64,000 nucleotides of DNA from Chrysomallon squamiferum (taxonomy: Eukaryota > Animalia > Mollusca). Below the pieces are notes generated by a model. That model did no database searches. It was not told the DNA's origin and worked only from the letters and a program-made list of their open reading frames with translations. Below are positions 39,443 to 54,781 of the stretch, piece after piece (within the stretch, counting starts at the first letter, position 1; every line of letters begins with the position of its first letter). The stretch lies in NCBI GenBank assembly GCA_012295275.1, contig CM022676.1, forward strand, positions 3,720,001 through 3,784,000, written 5' to 3'. The position numbers were made by a program, and so were the translations under genes.

Positions 39443-40878
39443 CTAATTGATCTGGGACTGTCTCAGCTCTGTTACAATGATCTTCCATCGACTCTGAAGT
39501 TGGTGATATGACTGGCCATTCACTGTTACCCACGGAACTAAATTGTGTGCTGGAAGTTCCCACCTTAAAACAAAAATAAAAATGAAAAATAAAATAAAAT
39601 AAAATAAAATAATAGTATAGTAGTAGTAGTAGTAGCAGCAGTAGTAGTAATAGTAGTAGTAATAATAATAATAATAATAATCAACATCATCTGAATCACC
39701 ATTTTATAAAATATCTATTTAAAACAATCCATAATAATAATAATAAAAGTTTACTGAAATAAAAGTTTAAAAATAAATTTAAAATATGTAAAAGTAATTA
39801 AATATAAAACATCAAACTATATATATATATGTGTGTGTATATGTATCTTCAAAATAGAAAGATTGTTTTTTGGATTTATTTACTTAGAATGCTCAACAAT
39901 TAATGATTGCAATACAGAATAAAACATGACACATTGCAAACAGGTAAGATTATTCAAGTTGAGATATCCATAACAGTTCTAAAGAGAATGAAAAAACAAA
40001 ACTCACCAAGCCTGTATGTGATCCTTGGTTTCTATGGTATCAGACAGAGCACTTGTCACCTTGTTTACACATTTCTGGAGCAAGGGAACTAACTCTGCTT
40101 TCTCCTTTTTGAAATAATCACTTTCCTTCTCACACAGTTCTGAATAAAAAAAATAATTAAATAAATACATAAATAAATAATCATATAATAATAATAATAA
40201 TCGGTTAATGAAATACCGTTTTAAAATTTTTTTTTTTTAAATGTAAAAATAATTAAATATAAAACATCAAACTACATAAAACTAAACAAACACCCTGACC
40301 CTTTGTTTTAAAAATAATACAGACCAGTATATTTTACTGTCTACTTTGTTAAAACTACATTTTCAGACTCTCTAAAAAGTTATTTTTTTTAAAACTGATC
40401 TGTCTTTTTATGATTAAAGGAAAACCTAATTTCTAATTGTTACTACATAAAAACAAACACAATTTGTGTATGAGAGACTGATTACTGAAAAATAAAAACA
40501 AAAATCATCTTTCTAGATAAAAACATGAATATAAAATAATAAAATTATTTTTCTTTTCTGTAGTTAAACAAATAAAAATGATCAGTTCTATTAATCTTTC
40601 TAAACTCAAAAAAAAAAAAAAAATAAAAGTAACAAGAAAACTAAAATTTAGACATATTAAATTTAAAATTAAAACAATATATATTATAAAAACTAAAGCC
40701 CAAATTAAATGTTTAGGCAATTAGGAAATAAGTATAAATGAAAACTGGTATTAATATAAAGAAAACAAATGAATGTAACCCAGTACAGCAAAATGAATCA
40801 GAGTGAAAAAAAATTTAAAGCAGGTATTTTCATATTACCAGAAAAGGAATAATCAGAGCTTTAAAAGTATGCATAAAA

Positions 40879-40911
<33 letters not shown>

Positions 40912-42281
40912 CCAGATCTCTGACAGAAGGAAAATGATATTGTTCTGTGTATGAAATATTATGTTTTGCTTTGTTTCAGAATAAAGACAATGCTTGAGAA
41001 GATTTTTGTTGTGACATTTTTCTAACTGAAATTGATGCCTTAATCAACAAAATAAACACTTAAGCATTTAAAAATAATTACAACAGAATTTATAAAATTT
41101 TGGACTTCTGGCCTTTTCATGTATTTATCAAGGAATGTGTCTTATCACTCATCCTGCCATACTAAGTCACACATTTGCTTTGTTTAAAAAATATAAATTT
41201 CTTGGAAGATAAATTATGCTAATAAGTGAAAAGAACAAATAAAAGCTCTTTTTTTTCTCTCTTCATCATTTAAAAAATATTTTAAAAAAGAGTGCACACA
41301 AAAATAATGATAAAAATTCATATTAATTTTTAAAAATCCAAAACAAAAGAATGAGTGCATATAAAAAAAAATAAAAAAAAAAAAAAAAAATAAAACTAAA
41401 ACTGTGCATCTTATATAATTTAATGTTTGTGTGTTATATTTTCAGAATATTTATAAAGAAAAACAAAAGGGTTAAAGTACAGGAAAGAAAATAAAACTCA
41501 AAGCAGACTTGTTATTGCTATTTACCACTAACTAATGATGGTACAACTCCTAAAATAAAAAATAAAAATAAAAAATAAAAATGAGCAACAGAAAGCTTTA
41601 AATAAATAATATTAAATAGTGATAATCACAAAATTTATGCAAATGCCACAGGTCAGACAAACAAGAATTGTCAAATTAATTTAGAGTGGCCTCCCTTTAA
41701 GATTATACTACTTTCCCCTCTCCGACTGTTATCTCTGACATTTTCTTTCATTCATTTTTATGTCTTTCATTTTCTCTGATATTTCTTTTTTTACTTTTCT
41801 CTCATTCTCTGATATTTTTCTTTCATTCTGTTTACTTTTCTCTTTCATTCTTCTTTTTTCATTTACCTGTCTCTCATTCTTTCTAACATTCAATTTTCCA
41901 TTCTTTTAACCTTTCTCTCATTCTCTCTGACATTCTTTTTCTTTCTGTTCATCTATTTCTATTTCTTGCTCCTCCAGGCCTATTTACCTCATAAACTAAC
42001 GTTCACAACTTTTCTGTTTTAACAATTTTAATATTTACCAGTTATATTTTCAACAGTGTCCTCATTTTCTTTTCCTTTACTAGGCCAGATCTTCTTTCTG
42101 TTCAGACTGAGTTCAAAGTTCAGCCTGTCAGCCTCAGATAACTCTGTCTTCATCTCCAAACAGTGAGGCAGAATACACTCCCCTGCCTGGAAATAAAAAA
42201 ATAAAATAAATAAATAAATAAACAAATAAATAAAGTTGAAAAAAACAAAAAAAAAAACATATATAAAAAATAAATACCATA

Positions 42282-42315
<34 letters not shown>

Positions 42316-45300
42316 AAAAAAATAAACAGGTGTAAATTAACACAAAGCAGATATATAATAAATAACTATCATTTCATATACACGTACAAAAAGTCCTGAA
42401 TGCTTGAGTATTTGTGCCTTCCTGCAAACCTATTCATTTAGTCAATCAAAATTTTTAAATTTCTATTTATTAAATGTTTTATTAATGTTCTGCTGTTTTA
42501 TTAATAACAGATTGTGTGCAATACAAAAAACAACAACACAAGAACATTTTTTGGATTTCATTTCTACATTTTATGATTAAAAAAATATTACTCTACACTT
42601 TATGATTAACAAAGATTGGTTGCTATATTTTATTTAAAATAATTTTATGGTCTTTATTTTTAAAAGTTCTGTAATCTTGATCATGAATAAAGATACTACT
42701 CTATCCTTTTTCATTCAGAAAGATTGATTGCCACATTTTCATTAAAATCATTATTTGAAAGGATATATTTAGGCAATTTCAAAGTATTAAATCATCTGTA
42801 CGGACTGGTGGTAAAATATTTACCTTTTCATAAGGAAAGTTTAAGTACTGCAGAGTTTTCTGTAAATATAGGACGAACAGACAGAGAAACTGGGAGACTG
42901 GAATGATGTATGGACAGATCTATCACTGGCATTTTTGTAGCACTGAAATAAGGAATACATAAAAATATATTGTAATATTAACAGAAGGATGAATTGCAGA
43001 TGAGAATGATGACCATATGATGATAATGATAACAAAGAAGATGTTAATGATGATGATGATAGTAACAGTAACAACAATAATGAAAATAATAATAATAATA
43101 ATAAAAGAATAAAGAATAATAGCAGCAAATAGTAGTACTAGTAATAATAACAGATGTTACAGTAAAAAAAAATAATAATAAAAAAACATAAAATAATCAA
43201 CATATAATATATATACTTTCTAAACAAGAATTTTTAAGTTCCAAAAAAAATGCAAAACACATAAAATATATATATATAGACTTTAAAAACCAGAACATCG
43301 ATAATGTAAACAAAAGGTAAATTTTCACCTATCGGTGTAGACTGTCATGAGGTAGGGAAGAGAAAGAGCGGCCATCTTGGAAACTTCAGCATCCACAGTT
43401 CCATCCAACAGTGCTGCCAGCTTCACTGTGTCGCCATGGTGAGGCGACAGTTTTGTCAGATATTTACCTATCTGAAATGACACAGTGAAAGTTAGTGACA
43501 AGTTAAATATTTAGTTCTTTTATTTATTAAAATGTGATATTATTTCAGGAAACAGGAAAATATAAACTTGGTAAATAAAATAGAAAATATAGTAAATAAA
43601 TAAATAAATAAATAATCTGAAATCTTAGTGTATAAAATGTTGGATTGTGTAAGTTAGTAAGAGTAAAATGTTTAGTTTTATATATAATGTGATATTATTT
43701 AACAGACAGGAAAAATATTTTACTGTTAAAAAAACAAAAATGTCATAAATTAATATATTAAAATATTCAGCTGTCTTCACTAAGTGTGTCTGAGAGTGTT
43801 TTTCCCATTCCAGCCAATAAGCTATGTGTGTTATTACCTCCATTATCTGTCCTGTGAGCCGTGGCTTGGATCCAGCATTCTGCTTGGCTAGAATCTGTAT
43901 TAGGTTCTGTTTCTTTTGCTGGAGAATATAATAACAATAATAATAATAATAACAATAACAATAACAATAATAATAATTGTAACAATAACAATAACAATAA
44001 TTATAATTATAATAAAAAAACAAAAAAACAGACAAAAAGTAACAAAGCTTAAAATAAAGAATCAAAATATGATTTCATTGTTTGTACATAGATACCTGTA
44101 TTTATGATTAAGTGTATGTATGTGCATTTATGAGTGTTATATAATAATAATAAAAATAATATTAATAATATTAAAAATGATGATGATATTAATAATTTAA
44201 AAACAAAAACAAAAATATATGTGTTAGTGATTTGCTGTAACTACCGTTTAAAAATGTATTTTCTTTATATTCAAGTTAAATTTATAACATTTTCTATCAT
44301 TTGAAATATTTAACACCAACTATAATTAAGTTAGACAATCTTCGCAACATTTTAATTACCATCTACATTAAACAAATCTCTCTACTGATAACACATAAGA
44401 AACATAAAAGCTACTCACAGCTAAGTCTTTGAAGTATTTGATTTTCTGGTACTGGGTGACAAGAAATTCTTTCTCTATGGACAATTTGTGGATTTCTTCT
44501 TTCAGACTGTTTCCTTCATCTACCAGAGTAGAAATCTTTGAACGTTCTTCTGCCAGTTTCAGCTCATTTTCTAATAATTCTCTTTAAAAAAAGAGAGAGA
44601 GAAAAAAAAAGATGAATAAAATGTGTAAACCAAAATCAAATTGAAACTGGCTTTATATATATATATACCAGTAAGTATGAATGTGTTTATTAACTCCAAA
44701 GTATATGTAAAAATATGGGTTTACTATTTATATGGTTATTATATTCAAACATCTGACCTCTGATATTTATTCTTAAGATAAAGAAGACAGAATCCATGAA
44801 TGTATAATAAATATGATTTATTTATTTAATTAACAGTATAAAATTCATTTATTTATTTATTTATTTAAAGTTTTATTCATTTACAAATTATAAGCTCAAA
44901 TAATTAAATATTTTACTACAACCACAGGCACACATTACCAAGTAAGTAAAACAAAAATAGTAACTAAAATTCAGTTAATTTACAAATTTTAACATGAAAT
45001 GTTTAAGATTGATACTTTATACTTTATACTTTTGTACCACAGTAGACAGATATTACGAAGTCAGCTAACAAAACTAAATTTAAATACTTTGCCAGTTTCA
45101 GCTCATTTGGTTTATTTTCAAAATATTTTTTCAGTGCGGAGTCTATCTGTTTTCTTGTCTGTTGTATTTCTCTGTGCAGACGATATGCAGCGTTGCAGTG
45201 ACTCAGTGTCTCAATAAATTTATCAACGTGGTCGTGCTGTCCTTTCTAAAAATAGAATAAAACATCTTTAACCCTTTGTGTGTCAAAATTGGAATGCATC

Positions 45301-45865
45301 AAATAAATAAATTAGTAAATGAAATTCAAATAAATTAAAAAAAAAATTATATGGTGAAGAATTTGTTTTGTTTTTAATATTTTATTTTTTTAAATTATTA
45401 TTTTTTATTTTACTTTTTTTCTTTTTTCTTTTTGTTTAATGGAATGCCATTAATTGCATGTCCATCCATACATATATAAAATTACTAAAATAAATACACA
45501 TATATACCTCCCAATCTACCTACATATACAGAATCGTATTTACACACAACAAACCTACAAACAAACACACATACACTGATACCTACACACTAATAAAAAT
45601 AAATCTCAAACCTCAATCAACTGATGTACACTGTGGAGAAGAGTTACTGGTGCTGATACATCAGTGAGTTGTCCCCCCTTCTCATGTTTGAATCTAAAAC
45701 ACAAACAGAGAACCAGTGCTGATTATTGTTTTAGTTATAAATTCAAATTAAATAGTATTTTGTGTGTGCATGCATTTTGGTATACAGGACAGCACACACA
45801 CACACACATTTACACTGTTAAATTTAAATAAATATACAAGCAAACATGTATATACATACATACAA

Positions 45866-45929
<64 letters not shown>

Positions 45930-48900
45930 AGGGAGGGAGAGAGAGAGAGACAGTCTTTACTTACTTCAACTTTTCTACATCTTGTTTGATGTTTATCTGC
46001 AAAGTTCGGTTTCTGAGGCAGACTGAAGAAGAGTGTGTGTTTGTGATCAGAGCTTGTAACAACTCAGTCACTGGAAACCTGGAAACAATCTCATCTACTT
46101 TGCCAGTCAAAGATTCTTGTTGGTTGCGACTAAATATCAAAAAAAAAGAAAAAAATGAAATTAAATAAGACAAAAACTGATGAATAATTTTTTGGAATTA
46201 ATAGAACAGTAATGGAAATTTAAAATAAAAAAGATAATGGTTCTGTTTTGTAATAGACTAAAGTAAAACGTATAAAAATAATGTAATGAAATAACAGAAA
46301 AAAGTATTAACACCACTGTAAATATAACTTGAACTGCTTAAAATGCTGGTATATTTCTCGATTTTAATTTTAAAATGCACTGTAAGAGTGTGGCTGTATA
46401 CTTTATTTTTAAACTACTCTGTTCCAACTGAGGAAGTTCTTGTCAAAGTATATATATATATATATTTGAAACAAATGATAAATTCAAGAACTGAAACTCA
46501 CACAGAATAATTAACTTCACCAAATGTTCCATACAGTGTTGCTTGTAAAAATGATTCAATTTCTTCACAAGTTCTTCTGACTTCATGCTAAAAAATAATA
46601 ATAAAAAAATAAATAAATAGTTAACTAAATAAATCAATAGAGAAAAGGAAATAGAGAGAAAAAAATATATATATAAAAAGAAAATAATGAATAAAATAAT
46701 TCATTTAATCCATCCATTCATTTTTTTCATTTTTTTAAATTTTTTTATATTGGTTTGTGTTGTTTTTTTTCTAGTTATGAACTGCCATAACAAGATTAAG
46801 AAATAAGTACCATCTTCGTCAGAACTTTATTTTATTGTTACATTATATCAGCAATTCTTAATCTCTAGCTAAAAACTTAAATAAGAGTTGCACACACACA
46901 AACACCACCCACACAAACATGCAGCTCAACTATTTAAACTTCATATCCTAATTTTCTGGTACAGCCACAACGTATGTTTAGCAATGTTACGGTTATTATT
47001 ATTAGGAGATAGCCTTACTGTTTATCTAGCACATATTATATTTTAGCGTATGGAGAGTTTGATATCATGGCTTTTGTGTCAGTCTGAAACTGACTGGAGA
47101 CCAAAGGGTTAACACATCAATCTAATGAGGCCAGTAATGTAGGGCTAAGACAGAAAACTCACACAACAAACAGTTTCAATTACTGAATCACCAGAGGTGA
47201 ACTGCGATGGACAAAGTGTGTCAATTTTTCCATCAGATCTGAAAAAAAAAAAAAAAAAAGAATAAACAAAAAAAAAAAAAAAAAAAAAAAAAAACAAGGA
47301 AAAAAAAATTACAAACTACAATTCAAAAGATTTATTATAACACTTGTGAACACATACTTAAAATTCTCATATGCATCAACACACACACACATGTATGCAG
47401 ATACATAATGACTTTCGCATGCATGCATGCATACACAAACAAACCCCACATGATAATGATTGGTCATACACAATAATACTTATATACTCACCCCCCCATG
47501 CATGCAAATACAGAATGATATACACATCAGTGTGCGCATGCACATTCACACACACACACGTATTAATAACATTTGCACACACAGACACACACACACCAAC
47601 ACAGACAAACATACACTACCATCAACAGAAATATTTAATATTTCTTCAACAAAACAATCAATAGGGCTTACATCTTAAGATCATCCAAACTGAATCCAAT
47701 ATATATTTTATATAATTTTGTTTTTCATTTATCACTGCATTACAGTAAGTATTAAGAACAATTTCTGCCAAAAGAGCCTCTCCTATACAGTTCTGTATAC
47801 ACATATAGTTATTCTCTAGATGCCCTAATAATAGTTTCAGTAAAATAATTTCTGCCAGAAGACACCCTCCAATAATTCTGTACCCACACATACACAGTAA
47901 AAAGAAACAAAAATACTTGCTGAGTTTTCTGTGTAAAAAAATCAGTTTTATCTTGTATTCTGTCTCTGAATTCTTGATATTCTGCTGCTGTTTCAGCATC
48001 AAGTTTTGACTTGATGTCAAGTAAACCAGCCTGCCTCTGCACATCATGTAACCTAGCGAGAGTTTTCTTGTATTCTTCTTCTGTAAATAAAAATAGAAAA
48101 TATTAAAATAAAACATACATACATGCACACTTTTACACCCACAGATACATACATCAACATGCACTCACACATAAGTGACATATATATAAATGTGCATAAA
48201 CAAATACAAAAAACATACAAAAATGCATGTATAATCAAAATACAGATATGTAGATATACGCTACATACTTAATATACAAAATAAAAATAGACAAATAAAT
48301 TTGAACACATACTAAACCATACACACAAAAATGTACAAACAACACAAACGACACTTACACTTCTTACTGACTAAACACAAACGAAAGGACAAACCTGTGG
48401 AAATCAGTTCACTTTCCTGTCTTTTGAAATCAGATTCAAGATGGCCGACTTCTCTGAGACTGACAGCCAGGTCTTCCGCCAACTTATCTCGTCTCTTTAC
48501 GAGATTTTCAATCTGAGATGACAGCTGTGACTGTTCTTTGTATCCACCACGTCCAGTAATCTTTTTTCTGAGATTTCTGTTAAGGTGGTCACCAAATTCA
48601 AAACACACACATCTACCACAAATTACATGCAATCTCTGACGATGCTAAACTTCCATTTTTAATCAATTTACAATATAATTTCTTTCTTTCAATTTAAGCT
48701 CACATTTTATATTTTCTGATAATTTTATTATTTTTCACATATATTCATAGAAACAAAGTCTTATTTTATAAAATACAGAGAAAGGATACAATGCCATAAA
48801 TTCCTGAACTTTCTTAACACTTCTGAAATAGTAAAAATCACAACATGATTACAATTTTATATATAATGAACAATATTACTTTTAAAATACACTTTACTTT

Positions 48901-49676
48901 TTTCTTTGTGTGTACATCTCTGATAAGTAAATAAATATATAGAATATTAAATAAATAAATAAATAAATGATCACTAATAGAAAATTCTAGAGAATGGAAT
49001 GAAGACGGAAAAAAATATATTATATTTCACAGATTTTTCTTGCTACATCATAAACAAAATAATAAGTAATATACTAATAAATAAAAACAAAAACATAATA
49101 ATAAATAAAAATAAATAAGATGGTGACAAAAAAAAAAAAAAAGGATTTTAAGAATTACACAACTTACTGCATTGATCGTACATGGCCAAGAATGAAAGTC
49201 CATATCTTAACTAATTCAGATCCTCGACAAATTCTGAAAGTATATTTTAAAAAAAACATTAAATAAATTCTTAAAATAACATGTAACATTATTTATTCAT
49301 TTATTTATTTATTTGTTATATACTGGTAATCAATAAGTCATTTGCACACTGGTGTTGCACTCAAATTCTGAAGAATTAAATTCATAGTAAATCTCTTACT
49401 GTCAGCAGTGTTTTCTGTAACGGCTAATAATTAACAAAATAATATTAAATATCTTACTTTATCTGCAACAGGTAAAGTTATGTAAATGATAATAAATTAA
49501 ATAATGAACACTAACTTTCTGAAGTCTTCTGCAGTGGGTGGGGATTTGTTAATATATCTTCCAGTCGGCTGAAAATGCATTTCATTCACAGCCCAGTCAT
49601 AAAGCTGTTTGCCCAAATCTGAATCATCTGGAGGTTTCATCTTTCTCTCTGTCATCTGTGATGGTCTTTGTGACAT
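39443..49676 (-). CDS. HAUS5: HAUS augmin-like complex subunit 5; coding exons (high to low): 49676-49516, 49233-49168, 48822-48790, 48567-48395, 48080-47917, 47238-47163, 46587-46502, 46129-45965, 45693-45612, 45245-45088, 44581-44419, 43918-43838, 43471-43329, 42942-42824, 42186-42039, 40139-40007, 39563-39443
   Basis: N-terminus LYDWAVNEMHF..FRKICRGSELVKIWTFILGHVRSMQSVKKV and C-terminus AWWELPAHNLVPWVTVNGQSYHQLQSRW match recalled HAUS5 motifs (WAxEEM, LCxGxxxxIWxYIxxHV, WWEQP). Exon phases are consistent except for two 1-nt discrepancies described under findings. Confidence 0.88.
48568..48789 (-). other. U12-type (minor spliceosome) GT-AG intron in HAUS5
   Basis: 5' splice site GTATCCTTT (48789-48781); branch motif CCTTAAC (48585-48579) lies 11 nt before the 3' end, with no polypyrimidine tract; flanking exons join in frame. 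Confidence 0.88.
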
Positions 49677-50349
49677 AATTGTATATGTCTGTATTTCGGT
49701 GGAGTATTGTGCATTAGATAGATGTAAATATATGTTCATAAATTATTTGGTATTATTAATATAATAATAATAATAAAATTCATGCAAAATCCTCTGCTAT
49801 CAAGGCAAAGAATAACAGACTTAAACTGCATTATTATCTAACGAAGAAAATATGATATAATGATTTATCTAGATTTATCCTAGATTATGTAGATATCAAC
49901 GTCATAAAACCTGTTACAGAATAATAAATATGTAATATTGTTAGTTGTTACATATTAGTATTTTATATAAATTTTGTTTGTATTAATATTATTAAGTTTT
50001 AAGACTATTACACTTGATCACAGTTAGTGACTTACATAAGTTACAGTGTCAGTGTGTATTGCAAGCTTCAACGTTTTCCAGTGAAGGTGTATAATCTTAT
50101 AATTAAGATTTTATTTCGCTTCTCCAAAATAATTAAGTTAATAAATAAATAATTAAAACGTAAACTGTAGTATATAAGAGTAATTTACTAATTACTGGGA
50201 AGTTGCAGAAAATGTAAACAAAATTTTGAAAACACTTAAACAGGTTACGTTTTATGACCTCATTACTTTAAATCTTTTCCAATTGTTATATTTGGAATGA
50301 CCACGAATACGAAATACAACTAGAGCAAACGTGTAAAACTAATTCACAT

Positions 50350-50470
50350 TATCTTTACCAGCTTAGATTCAAAATTATCGAACTTTTCTTCCACTTTCCC
50401 ACTTCTGCAAAACACAACATGTCAAAAATGTCCGCTCTTTTTTGTAAGCGGTCTCACACCATAGAAATAC
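50350..50470 (-). promoter_or_regulatory. Probable promoter and non-coding first exon of HAUS5
   Basis: Complex, CpG-containing patch with minus-strand donor CTG|gtaaag near 50358, upstream of the acceptor at 49689 that precedes the ATG. Confidence 0.35.
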
Positions 50471-51377
50471 ATTTCGGAAAACTATATCGACCAAAACTGC
50501 TAAAACTTTAAAGTGCGTATTATATTTAGTTATACATCTTAATCAATATTAGCTCAGTAATATAATCAAAGATGTATTTATAAGTGTTAAATAATCAATA
50601 TGTGGTGACAATGATTAAACATCACAAATATAATCGATGAATATCATGAATTGTATACATTTATAAAACGTACCATTCCTAAAACGAACCCAACAAAAAT
50701 GACCCCATTTTATGACAAAATTATTATTACTATTTTCTCTTTCTCTGCAGCTGCAGTAATAGCTGTAATGGTAGTGGTAGTGATAGTAGTATTAGTAGTA
50801 GCAACATTAGTGGTCGTATTCGCAGTAGCAGCAGCAGAATCAGTAGTAGCATATGTGACCACAGACCCGTTAACACATCCTCGGAATATTATTTTCAATT
50901 TTATTTTTACGTAAACATTTTATAAATAACAAGATTTCTTCAACACAGTATTCTCGAAAACGTTAATAACTGAACACACAAGCCCTCTCGAACTCAACCA
51001 TAAATATTATGGATATACGTGTAGATGTAATTTCTTTATTAAAAACTTTAGCGTTTATTTGTCAAAACACTTGAGTTTGTCAATACTGTCGCTTCAACAA
51101 GTGTAGATCGAATAATGTAGTAACCCAGAAAACACATACTTCGATCACATCGTGAATTAGTTTGTGTGACATACAGAGTAAATAATTAACTGAATAAAAG
51201 GGCAAATAAATATATTAATTAATCGAATTAAATAAATACTTTGTGAAACATTATATATATATGTCATTTCAAAATAAGAATCAATATTTTTACTTACGAT
51301 CAAAAAATTATTTTCTTTCAATAAATACTTTGACAATGGCATTTCGTCATTGGATTATTTATATCACGAAAGTTCAG

Positions 51378-51540
<163 letters not shown>

Positions 51541-52385
51541 TCTTTTTTTTTAGTTATCTGATTTCGTTTTGTTTTCTACGATACTAGTCTAGATTTTCGT
51601 GTCGTATAATTAATCGGCTTTTGGTTCACTGAGTGAAAATAAGAAAATCATTTTTCTGTATAGATTTAGTTATGGTACGGATAAAAGATTATTATTTACT
51701 TCTTTTTTTTTCTTCCTTTTTGCTGCAGTCAAATTCAGTTTTTACAAGACAGATAAAAAATACTGTTCTATACAGTCGATTGACCTTCCTTCATTTTGTT
51801 TTACTCCCATAGGCGTACACAGACAGGGTATCTCAGTCATTTCACCAAATATTTTGTTATGTATATACGTATGTATGCATGCATGCGTGCATGTATGTAT
51901 GTATGTATGTGTGTGTGTGTATGTATGTATGTGTGTATGAATGCATGTATGAGTTTGTGTATATGTGTATATCTATATATGTATGTATGCATGGATGAAT
52001 GTACATATATAAATACGTTTTATAAACGGAACATGAAAATTCGAACAAATAAATATTTTTTTATTGATTTGCTAACCAATTATAGATAAAGATGTCGATT
52101 TGGCTTCGATTTTTGTTCATTCATGTATTCTTTATTACCGGTTTTCATATCGTTATATAAGAAAATAAGAAAAACAAAAAGAGAGAACGATTAACTGAGT
52201 AAGGAAAATATTTTTTGAAACGTAACGTTTACAATAAGAACCATTATTATTATTATTATTATTATTATTATACAAAAGCAACAACAACAACAACAACAAA
52301 TAAATAAAAAAAACAACAGTAATAATGATATTCTTCTTAAACTTATTGTCATAAAGTAATAAAACAGAACTGAGACCAATCCATT

Positions 52386-52421
<36 letters not shown>

Positions 52422-52753
52422 TCACTCGCACACACACAAATCAATTAAATAATTACAAATAAAAGCCATTTATAAGACAAATAGAAGTAACTGAAATAAT
52501 ATAAGTTTCAATTATTTTGAATTCAGTGTATGCATAATCTTTTCACTGAAAAGTTAGTTTTAACAAATTATATTTCAATTAATAAATAATCTTTATTAAC
52601 AGTTTAATTAACTGGACATAACAGTTTTATTATTATTATTATTTTATTTATTTTTTATTTATTTATTTCTTATTTATTTATTTTTTATTTAATTATTGTA
52701 TTTATTTTTTTGTTTATTTTCGTATTTATATAATTTTACTCATAAACACAAAG

Positions 52754-53131
52754 TCAGTCTGTAATGAAACCAAGGAAATCGTCTGCCGATGACGTCATAT
52801 TTGACGGGATGTCGGAGTACAGAATACATTCATTGGTTGAAGGTTGCCATAGAAACGAGCGACATATTTCTTTTCCGAGACAGTAGCTTCCACACTCTAG
52901 TTTTGATCTGCCCTGTTCACGTGACATCTCATTCGACGCTCCTCGTTTTGAATCCAGGTGAAATTGTTCTGTGGAAGATATAACAAATGTCACGGATGAT
53001 CTGCACTAAAATGTTGTGTTAAACTGAATTAACTGATATTTGTACACTACACAAAACGCTGTACAATACTATATACATGTCGCATAGTATTTTGTTATAT
53101 TACATTTACTGTATTACGTATAGTTTCAGTA

Positions 53132-53203
<72 letters not shown>

Positions 53204-54297
53204 TAATAGAAATAAATTCATACATAACGAATACATATATACACAATATAATTATATATACACATACCTACGTAGATACTTAAATAAATACATACATATA
53301 CATTTAAATAGATATATACGCAAACATACATACTGACAGAGAGATAATTATATACATATCGACATACGTGAATTAATATAACATTAACACATATACCCAG
53401 CTACACAGATATATATATATATGCGTGTATGTGCACATACAAACAGACATAAAGACATATAGTCACATACAAACACACACACGCACAGACACACAGACAG
53501 ACACACGCACATATACTTACGTTCCACAGATCCATATACTTCCACTTCACAGAGTGTGAAGTTCTCTGGCGCGTCTCTTACGTAGTCGATTACGTAGATG
53601 TATCTGCCTTTAACCGGTTTTGGTTTCACCACGTCTACGACTAAACCAACGGGAATCGAACCAACCTTACTGTAAAACACTTCGTTGGCGCCATCAATCG
53701 TTCTGGCTGTGACGTATAGCTGCGACGGGGCGGGACCTGTAATGAATATTCATAAGGCTACCTATTTGTTGCTAATTTTAGTCCAAAATAATGTGACTGT
53801 ACATATCGAAATAAGCGTTAAGTCACATTTTTGCGCACAATATATTAACTTTTATAAGTGGATCATTCCGTTTCCAATCACCCAAAATAATAATAAAATA
53901 AAATCTCGCCCTCCACCCTTCCGATTTAGCAGAAAACTGGTATTTCGGGAAATTCGTGGACTGAAAATGCTGATATCATCATTTTTGTATGATCATTGGT
54001 TAGCAACTAAATGGCCAGTATTACTAAAAATAGGTATTTGTAGAAAGAGAGTTCCTTAGGATTTCTTGTTATATACATACCATCCTTACTAGTTGTAACT
54101 TTTATCCTGCTTATGGCGTAGTGATATCCTAAATCTACGGACCACCGTGAGTGTTTGTTTGCCGGAACGTAAGCCGTAGAACAAGAACCGCCGTCTAAAT
54201 AGGGGTTTGTGTTTCCGTCCACGGCTCTCGAAGCAACAGCATCTCCGACAATATATTTCTGTTTGGCTGACTTTCGTAGAGCTACATTTTCCAAACC

Positions 54298-54370
<73 letters not shown>

Positions 54371-54694
54371 TAGTAAATAACAATAATGATAATAATAATA
54401 ACGACAACGAAAAGAGAACCAGGAAGACTATTATGACGATGATGATGATGAAACTGAAGATGAAGATGACGATGAAGACGACAGTAATAATAGTACTAAT
54501 ACTGGGTTTTTTGAAATGGGGAATTTTAGCATATTTCTTGAATTTCCCGTTCCAGATCCGCTCTTGATCAAATAATATCAACCTTAACCAAATTACGAAC
54601 GAAATAAACATTTAGAAATGACAAGAATCATTACAACCGAATTATAGATGATAACCATCAATAACTTGTACTGAAAAATTAAATAAAAAATTTA

Positions 54695-54781
<87 letters not shown>

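Noticed and set aside
41720-41960. Pyrimidine-rich degenerate repeat in a HAUS5 intron
   Set aside because: Low-complexity decayed minisatellite with no specific structure.
44552-45108. 18-nt repeat encoding NELKLA in two adjacent HAUS5 exons
   Set aside because: Short and within a coiled-coil; may be chance or an old micro-duplication with no evident consequence.
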